Under the pieces are notes generated by a model. The model searched no databases. It worked only from the letters and a program-made list of their open reading frames with translations, and was not told where the DNA came from. From IMG/VR virus record IMGVR_UViG_3300030376_004920, positions 1 through 31,280 of that record: a stretch of 31,280 nucleotides of DNA; one strand, written 5' to 3'. This DNA comes from a virus. Lineage: Duplodnaviria > Caudoviricetes. Both the position numbers and the translations under genes were made by a program. This document shows positions 25,653 through 31,280 of the stretch, piece after piece. Positions within the stretch are counted from its first letter, which is position 1; the number at the start of each line of letters is the position of its first letter.

Positions 25653-26095
25653 TAAACTTCCTTTCTATAAACTGTTGTTACTGCTTTAAATCCGTGCTTT
25701 TTAGCCGCTCTACTCCATCCAGAACGGTCGGAATGGAACTCCATTCCTGTTATGCTGGTGTTTTGTATTAGACCTTCTAAAAACTCTACACCTGCGCCTA
25801 TTATATTATATCCAGGCCTACTATAAGCAACCCAAATATGTAGTGTTTTTTCTCCTCCAGCATCATCTAAAATCGATACTATAACAAAGCCCGCATAATA
25901 TTTATCCTCATATACCATGTATAACTCAGAACTGCCCTTTCGCAATGCTGCATATACATCAGCTGGTATCCAATCGGCGTATGACTTTTGAGCTACTTTT
26001 CTAAGATCCGGTTCTATTGTATTGTAAGCAACTTTAACATCCTCTAATGGAATGTATTCAAAGACCTTACCATTAATAGTCCAACTCTTTGCCAT
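25652..26095 (-). CDS. Virion morphogenesis protein, possibly GNAT-like fold
   Basis: GFVIV....LHIWVAY...F.S.R.GW.R...GF pattern between adaptor and ejection genes. Start placed at ATG 26095 (GAGGT 9 nt upstream), uncertain. Confidence 0.55.
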   Translation of the reverse strand: MAKSWTINGKVFEYIPLEDVKVAYNTIEPDLRKVAQKSYADWIPADVYAALRKGSSELYMVYEDKYYAGFVIVSILDDAGGEKTLHIWVAYSRPGYNIIGAGVEFLEGLIQNTSITGMEFHSDRSGWSRAAKKHGFKAVTTVYRKEV

Positions 26096-26756
26096 ATCGT
26101 CCATACCTCTTCCTTGGGGATAAACCTGCACTTTTGTATTTAACTGTTCTTTTCACACCAATATTACCTCCTCTACCACGTAATTCTGCATCAGATATCT
26201 CAGCCTGAAACAAATTAAAGTAGTCAGAAGCAGCTATGGAATCAGTCCATGCTTTCTGTGGGATTCTAAGTAATCTAAATATGGTGCCATAAATAATCCC
26301 GTCCCTATAATCATTACTAAAATTAGTATCTATACTATTGCTAGTTCTGGTTGGCTTTAAGGCTACACTCAATAATAAACCATTTACATTTTTTGCATTA
26401 GGCACTGGTACTAACCAAAAAGTATCCGGTGTTTTTTGTAAATACACAGTTGGTATTCCTGATTTGTTTCTCCAATCAGGGTAATTTAGCTCTAAACTTC
26501 TTGGACTTATAGGGTCTAAATCATTACCATCATAAGTAGCCCATAATATTTGATGTACATCAGTTCCGGCTGGTTGGTCAAACTCATACTCATAAACTCC
26601 TGATATTGTAGTTATCGGGTCTAGGTCATGAGTAAAAGCTTTACTTTTTTCACAAAGCTCTATAGTAGCAGCCCTTAAATGTGTTTTTATAAGGCTATCT
26701 GGACAACCGGGTACGTAAGGTAATATCTCTTTTACTAAAGAATCAAAACTAGCCAC
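26073..26756 (-). CDS. Head-tail adaptor-like protein
   Basis: ILPYVPGCP......LR.A.IE.CE.S N-terminus, L.V.LKPT...I..G.I.RL..IP...W. Synteny after the capsid gene. Confidence 0.65.
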   Translation of the reverse strand: MASFDSLVKEILPYVPGCPDSLIKTHLRAATIELCEKSKAFTHDLDPITTISGVYEYEFDQPAGTDVHQILWATYDGNDLDPISPRSLELNYPDWRNKSGIPTVYLQKTPDTFWLVPVPNAKNVNGLLLSVALKPTRTSNSIDTNFSNDYRDGIIYGTIFRLLRIPQKAWTDSIAASDYFNLFQAEISDAELRGRGGNIGVKRTVKYKSAGLSPRKRYGRYGKELDY

Positions 26757-27435
26757 TTATTGCCTCCTGTTGTGGAGTATTAATATCAGTTGATTGTAAC
26801 CCAGCAGCAATACTTTGTGAAAATAACTGAAAATGAGTTCCAGCGCGTTGTTGATTACCTGCAAACTCAGAATCTTTTAAATATGCCCTGTAAAGAACAA
26901 AATTTATAAGTGCGTTTGCAAAAATATCATCTACTTGTATTAAATCAGTGTTAGCTCCAATACTAGTAGGGTTTTTAGAATACACTATTTCTACATAAGC
27001 ATTACCAGCAACTCCGGGGTATACATAAAACTTACGTGGATCTCTAAGTTCAAACATGTAATGTTCTACTTGAGTGCCATGGGCCGCATCTCCAGAGACT
27101 GTAGGGTCATGCCAATTTGGGTCACTAATATTGAGTGTTTCAATATCTACATACCTAATCGCTCTAGCGCCTGTTGCGTCTGTAGCAGTACCAGACATAT
27201 TTCTTACTACTTTTATCAGTCTTAATCCATCTGTGGGTATGCTTTGTTCAGTACCCGTGGCTAGCTGCACATTACTGTGTACAGCAGTAGCATCCGGTCG
27301 TAAGTTTGCAATTTCTCTTTGTGCATCGCTTAAATAATCAAACATCTCGCCATCAGTCCAACGCACACCAGTATTATCCTGAAGTATATTACGTACCCTG
27401 GATAAAATATGCTGTGCTTGTAACGTACCGGCCAT
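26749..27435 (-). CDS. Head-tail adaptor (DUF6682-like)
   Basis: LQD...VRWT..E...YL.DAQREI...RPDA, P..FYVYP, and AL..FVLYRAY.KD.E motifs. Confidence 0.75.
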   Translation of the reverse strand: MAGTLQAQHILSRVRNILQDNTGVRWTDGEMFDYLSDAQREIANLRPDATAVHSNVQLATGTEQSIPTDGLRLIKVVRNMSGTATDATGARAIRYVDIETLNISDPNWHDPTVSGDAAHGTQVEHYMFELRDPRKFYVYPGVAGNAYVEIVYSKNPTSIGANTDLIQVDDIFANALINFVLYRAYLKDSEFAGNQQRAGTHFQLFSQSIAAGLQSTDINTPQQEAISG

Positions 27436-27678
27436 CTACTTTTTCTTAGTTGTTTTAGCTTTTGCCTTTGGTTTTTCTATAGTTTCTTCTATAACATCTT
27501 CCATTGTTTTAGCTTTGGGCTCTTCTCTTACTTCTTTAGCCCCAGCTTGTAAACAAGCATATCCAATATACTCTGGGAATTCTCTTGCTTCTCCTGCATA
27601 TAAACGAACAGCATCACCAGTTGTTAGTGATACATATAAGTCGGTTTCTGATATAACTTTCATAGTCTTTTTTTCCAT
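27436..27678 (-). CDS. Small capsid-associated hypothetical protein (80 aa)
   Basis: AGGAG RBS, directly after the capsid terminator, with a basic C-terminal tail. Confidence 0.7.
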   Translation of the reverse strand: MEKKTMKVISETDLYVSLTTGDAVRLYAGEAREFPEYIGYACLQAGAKEVREEPKAKTMEDVIEETIEKPKAKAKTTKKK

Positions 27679-27695
27679 TTAAAACTCCTGTTTAG

Positions 27696-27723
27696 TAGAA
27701 AGAGGTGGTCCGAAGACCACCCC
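27696..27723 (-). terminator. Intrinsic terminator after the major capsid gene
   Basis: Minus strand GGGGTGGTC-TTCG-GACCACCTC-TTTCTA: 9-pair stem, C(UUCG)G tetraloop and a short U tract. Confidence 0.85.
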
Positions 27724-27731
27724 AATCTTAA

Positions 27732-28868
27732 TTAAAATGCGCAATCTACTCTGATTACACCAAAGTCTTCATTCTGACCAGAAATGTCAGAGTTGTAGAC
27801 TGGTTTTTTAAGACCCATGATCTTACCGATAGAAATACCGTTTTGGTTTCCATAGTCGAAAGTGTCTTCAACTATTTCAGGTAAACCGATATCTGCCATA
27901 GCAAGAGCTTGAGCTCCACAGAATAGGTTAGCAGCGAAGTCAACATCACTACCAGATCCACCTTTCTGAGTACCTGAGGTACCTTGAGAAGTGTTTGGTA
28001 CGTGTCTGAATTCGTGAACCATAACGCCGTCAACCATTAAGCTAGAAGATCCAGCAAATAGTTCGTTGTTTGGTCCTCTGATACCAGCGCTTCTTACGTT
28101 TGATAAGAAGTCAGAATCTAGTTTCAGATCAGCCATTACTTGTGGAGTAACAAAAAGATGATACATCTCTTCATTACCATTTCCTCTCATACCTCTAATG
28201 TATTGGTCTTTAGCAAAAGCTTTTAACTCAACAATAGTACTGTAAGTCATCTTGTCAGTAGCAGCTAAAGCAGAAGTATCACCAGCAACTAAACCACTAG
28301 TTGCGTCGACTCTTCTGTGTCTGTTAGAAGTAGGAGCAGTTACATCACCACCAAAGGCAAGATCAGACAAGTTAGAACCTGAACCTAATACTGGTCTAGT
28401 CGCAGCAGAACCACCGATGTTGTTGTTCTTTCTGTTGTAGTTAATACCAGCCAAGGTTAAGAATGCAACTTGGTCCATTCTATCTGCCATTGCGTATGCA
28501 AGTGCGTCTCTTGAGTGCTCACGGAAGTTGACAACAGATTTTTGATCCGCTAAACGACCAGAAAGTCTGTTCGCAAATCTTAATTGATCTAATTGTACAA
28601 CTATGTCGAATGCTCTTAATGCTTCTTCATTACCTTCAAGAGTATTGTCACCAACGACACCATCACCAGTCATGTCAGCTAAGAGTGTTAATACAGCTCT
28701 AGCTCCTTTTTCTGATTGAGTAAGTTCATTTATTCTCTGAACCATGGCGTTGGGGCCACTACCCGCAAATTGGTTAATGAAGGACATGTTTCGAGCTACT
28801 CGCCAAAAATCACGAGACCAGATAGTAAGCTGTTCACTGGTCAACGCGCTGAAATTTGTATTAGCCAT
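27732..28868 (-). CDS. Major capsid protein, N4-gp56/DUF4043 family
   Basis: L...G..GD..LEGNEE.L....I..DQLR.A...Q....NFRE.....L...A...DQ and L.CGAQAL...DY.N..G motifs. GGAGG RBS and a downstream terminator. Confidence 0.9.
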   Translation of the reverse strand: MANTNFSALTSEQLTIWSRDFWRVARNMSFINQFAGSGPNAMVQRINELTQSEKGARAVLTLLADMTGDGVVGDNTLEGNEEALRAFDIVVQLDQLRFANRLSGRLADQKSVVNFREHSRDALAYAMADRMDQVAFLTLAGINYNRKNNNIGGSAATRPVLGSGSNLSDLAFGGDVTAPTSNRHRRVDATSGLVAGDTSALAATDKMTYSTIVELKAFAKDQYIRGMRGNGNEEMYHLFVTPQVMADLKLDSDFLSNVRSAGIRGPNNELFAGSSSLMVDGVMVHEFRHVPNTSQGTSGTQKGGSGSDVDFAANLFCGAQALAMADIGLPEIVEDTFDYGNQNGISIGKIMGLKKPVYNSDISGQNEDFGVIRVDCAF

Positions 28869-28902
28869 TAGGCCTCCAAATAAAAAATTAATAAAATAAC
28901 CA

Positions 28903-29058
28903 ATCGCTATTTGGGGCGATATCCCGTATACCCTTTATCGTTGGGATACGATATCGTTAATTTAACGAGCACGACCTCGAACAGTTAACGTCGTTGTAGA
29001 CGAAAAAACGGTTTTTATACTGAACGACCAGTTGTTGGATATCGTTCCAACCAACGAA
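28903..29058 (-). ncRNA. Candidate structured RNA (multi-hairpin, likely pseudoknotted) in the capsid 5' leader
   Basis: Six stem-loops in the 212-nt scaffold-capsid gap, with complementary ACGA/UCGU loops and linkers. No family recognised. Confidence 0.6.
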
Positions 29059-29080
29059 TTCTTTAATACTATACTACTAT

Positions 29081-30163
29081 TTAGTCAAAGTCACCACGCA
29101 TTCTGCGTAAAGTTTCTTCTGGTAGTGCACCAAATTCATCATCAGACAACACATTTATATCTACTATTTTCTTATTTTTACTAGAATCACCTTTCATTTC
29201 AGGTGGCTGTGCTTGTGAAGCTTCTACTTTTTTCTGCACAGTAGCCTTTTGTTTCTTTTCTTGCACTGCTTTTGTTAGTGTAGGTGCAGGATCTGTTTTT
29301 GGTTCATCAGAAGTCTGTAAAAGTTCTGGTTTTTTAGTTAGTAAAGTAACTTCAGTGGCTTTTGCTAACGAGTCTGCAGCACCATATCCTTGATATATAA
29401 AAGCATCACGCAGTTCCATGACCTCTTGAGTCAGTTTTTCATCATATGCCTTACTTTTTTCATCAAAAACAGGAAAAACTTCCATTATTTCTGAAGCTTT
29501 TTTAGCTAACTCATGTTGTTCTCTGTCTTGTTGGACAGTTTGACCCATTTGACTCTGCATTTCGCTCATTAACTGAGTTCTTTCTGCTTTTCTTATCTCA
29601 TTTCTAAGAACAGCGGCTTTTTCAGTCTCACCATCTAGTACAAGTTCTTGGTATTCTTTTTCTTTACCTACAAAATCGTACTCTGGAACCTCTGGTGCGT
29701 CTGTTTTTTCACCCTCTATGTCTTGTAGTCTTTTTTGCATCTCTTTGTTCTTTGCAAGAACTTCATCAAGACGTGATTTAGGCACCATAGGAGCTTTTGG
29801 CTCTTCTGCTTCTGCAACTTCTGCAACTTCTTCTACCTCAGGTTCCTCTGATCCCTCCTCCACTGCTTCCACAGGTTGCTCATCATTTCCCGGAACGCTC
29901 TCTTGTTCTGTTTCTTCTGACTCACTTTCTGTTTCTTCTGCAACAGGTTCTTCGACTTGTTCCTCTGCAACTTCTTCTGTTGTTTCTTCTGCAACAGGCT
30001 CTTCTTCTGTTGTTTCTTCTTCTGTTTCTGTTTCTTCAACCTCTTCCTCCGTGGTTTCAAAGTTCATATCTACTTGAAAAGGTTTTACATCCTCTTCAGT
30101 TTTTGCATCAGCACCCGGCATGCCGTCGAATACTAATTCATCTGTACTTTTATCTTTAGCCAT
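29081..30163 (-). CDS. Capsid scaffolding protein
   Basis: Between portal and capsid genes. Glu-rich N-terminal region, PMVPKSRLDEV, coiled coil, and C-terminal ...LSDDEFGALPEETLRRMRGD. AGGAGGT RBS. Confidence 0.8.
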   Translation of the reverse strand: MAKDKSTDELVFDGMPGADAKTEEDVKPFQVDMNFETTEEEVEETETEEETTEEEPVAEETTEEVAEEQVEEPVAEETESESEETEQESVPGNDEQPVEAVEEGSEEPEVEEVAEVAEAEEPKAPMVPKSRLDEVLAKNKEMQKRLQDIEGEKTDAPEVPEYDFVGKEKEYQELVLDGETEKAAVLRNEIRKAERTQLMSEMQSQMGQTVQQDREQHELAKKASEIMEVFPVFDEKSKAYDEKLTQEVMELRDAFIYQGYGAADSLAKATEVTLLTKKPELLQTSDEPKTDPAPTLTKAVQEKKQKATVQKKVEASQAQPPEMKGDSSKNKKIVDINVLSDDEFGALPEETLRRMRGDFD

Positions 30164-31280
30164 TAGTTACCTCCTGATGGTTTCATAGCTGCGGTGGCAA
30201 TTTTTGCTGCCGCTTGGGTTTCACTTTGTCCTTTCCTCATGTCATTTGTTAGGGCGGATAGCTCTTGACGTAAGGTAAGTTCTTGTTGCTTCATCTGCAT
30301 TTTACTTTGCAACTCAGCAATTTTTATCTGTGGATCAGCCGCTGACTCTTGCGCTTTCGCAGCATTTAGTTGAGCTTGTGACTGTAAATTCTGTACTTCG
30401 GCTTCCATCTTAGCTAGTTCTAATTGTATTTTCTGTACTTGTGCTTGTGCTTGGAACGAAGCTAGTTCTGCTTCTTCCTCAGATGGTGGTTCCATACCCT
30501 GCATTATACGTATGCGTTGTGCAATCTCTGCTTTTTTAGCCATGTGTGAATAATCAACAATTAAGTCATCTGGAATCGGTACACCAACCTGTCTTAATTG
30601 TATTGCTTCAGCAAACTGAACTTCATCGAAGTTATCTCTAGTTGGCATAGTACCTACAACAACATCATACTCACCTAAAGTTAAATCATTTATTATCTCT
30701 CCCTCAGGAGTTACTTGGTTTACAACCATAGGTTGGCTCTGTTTGAAAGGGTCACTCTCATCGGTGATTTGTACAATCCTTTCTTCTGTATAGTATTGTT
30801 GAACTACTTTTAATATGTGCTCTGCTAAATATTGTCTAGTTTTTTGTAAATTATCTAGTGGCACTTGAATCATAAGTGCCCCTCTGTTTTGTTTTGCTTG
30901 TATTGCAATACCAGAAACTTCGGGTGAATCTGTACCTAACATCGCGTCACTGATACCGCTAATCTGTTTAATATTAGCGGCAGCTTTTTGACTTATTCTG
31001 TCTAGGCCGGTGGGAATCTGATTCGGTGGTATCTTCGCAGGGGGGGAGGATCCGCGATTGTACTCTAATACTAAACCAGTTTCCGCACCGTGTTCTTCTA
31101 AATCGTCAGCAGTCATACCATTTAATGACCCTGTTTCTACAACCCAACCACTGTTAGCTGTAGTATTTACGATATGTAATTCTTGTGAACTTATTTTGTT
31201 AAGTTGTTCTTGTGGAGATATTAAGTTTCTTACCATACCAAATGGTCTGCCTCTTCTCCAATAAGGAAAGTAAGGCACTA
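30163..31280 (-). CDS. Portal protein, P22-like (5' truncated by the window edge)
   Basis: VPYF......PFG.VR.L.SPQ...NK..S, ISG....LG....SG.AI...Q, Y.EERI..I, G.YDV.V and a long Gln-rich C-terminal coil. Confidence 0.85.
   Translation of the reverse strand, partial: VPYFPYWRRGRPFGMVRNLISPQEQLNKISSQELHIVNTTANSGWVVETGSLNGMTADDLEEHGAETGLVLEYNRGSSPPAKIPPNQIPTGLDRISQKAAANIKQISGISDAMLGTDSPEVSGIAIQAKQNRGALMIQVPLDNLQKTRQYLAEHILKVVQQYYTEERIVQITDESDPFKQSQPMVVNQVTPEGEIINDLTLGEYDVVVGTMPTRDNFDEVQFAEAIQLRQVGVPIPDDLIVDYSHMAKKAEIAQRIRIMQGMEPPSEEEAELASFQAQAQVQKIQLELAKMEAEVQNLQSQAQLNAAKAQESAADPQIKIAELQSKMQMKQQELTLRQELSALTNDMRKGQSETQAAAKIATAAMKPSGGN

Larger units (their letters stand above)
1..31280. mobile_element. 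Tailed dsDNA bacteriophage genome fragment with podovirus-like organisation
   Basis: Contiguous portal, scaffold, capsid, adaptor, ejection, tail fibre and lysis genes. No host housekeeping genes, tape measure, sheath or integrase in the window. Confidence 0.95.

Noticed and set aside
26044-26073. TAATG-coupled ATG at 26073 as the start of the next gene
   Set aside because: That frame closes after 9 codons (MVRSLNTFH*). The long ORF is in another frame.
28903-29058. CRISPR array or tRNA in the capsid leader
   Set aside because: Repeats are only 4-6 nt with no repeat-spacer periodicity, and there is no cloverleaf with a T-loop consensus.
29060-29090. Sigma70 promoter for the capsid leader (TTGACT ... 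TATAGT on the minus strand)
   Set aside because: Only 9 nt separate the hexamers. A promoter in this AT-rich patch is plausible but cannot be placed from sequence alone.
29718-30159. Alternative ORFs over the scaffold gene (29718..30077 +, 29797..30159 +, 29833..30060 -)
   Set aside because: Shadow frames produced by the low-complexity GAA-rich tract, with no supporting RBS or coupling.
1914-31264. Numerous + strand ORFs antisense to late genes
   Set aside because: They lie opposite well-supported minus-strand genes and have Ser/Leu/Phe-rich antisense composition without motifs.

Overview
The whole window is a fragment of an AT-rich tailed bacteriophage genome with podovirus-like organisation: P22-type portal, N4-gp56/DUF4043-type major capsid, adaptor and nozzle proteins, large ejection proteins and no tape measure or sheath. 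The gene families resemble those common in aquatic or marine phages (inference). Bases 1-1768 (+) are the end of a DNA-metabolism module (SSB-like protein, VRR-NUC nuclease, DUF1289 Cys protein, HNH). Bases 31280 to 1765 (-) are one long, tightly coupled late region: portal (truncated), scaffold, capsid, adaptors, four internal/ejection proteins (including a 2403-aa protein with a zincin motif), tail proteins, three tandem S74-chaperone tail fibres, a lysis cassette, nozzle, fibre plus chaperone, an MscS-like fragment, and a terminal array of ten small, mostly very basic proteins. Four small ORFs missing from the supplied track were found by reading the sequence. The most striking unexplained elements are (i) a ~155-nt non-coding segment before the capsid gene made of six hairpins with mutually complementary ACGA/UCGU loops and linkers, a candidate pseudoknotted or kissing-loop RNA, (ii) the basic micro-protein array, and (iii) the three-fibre cassette with shared near-identical DNA blocks. 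All family assignments come from motif recognition by eye, not database searches.
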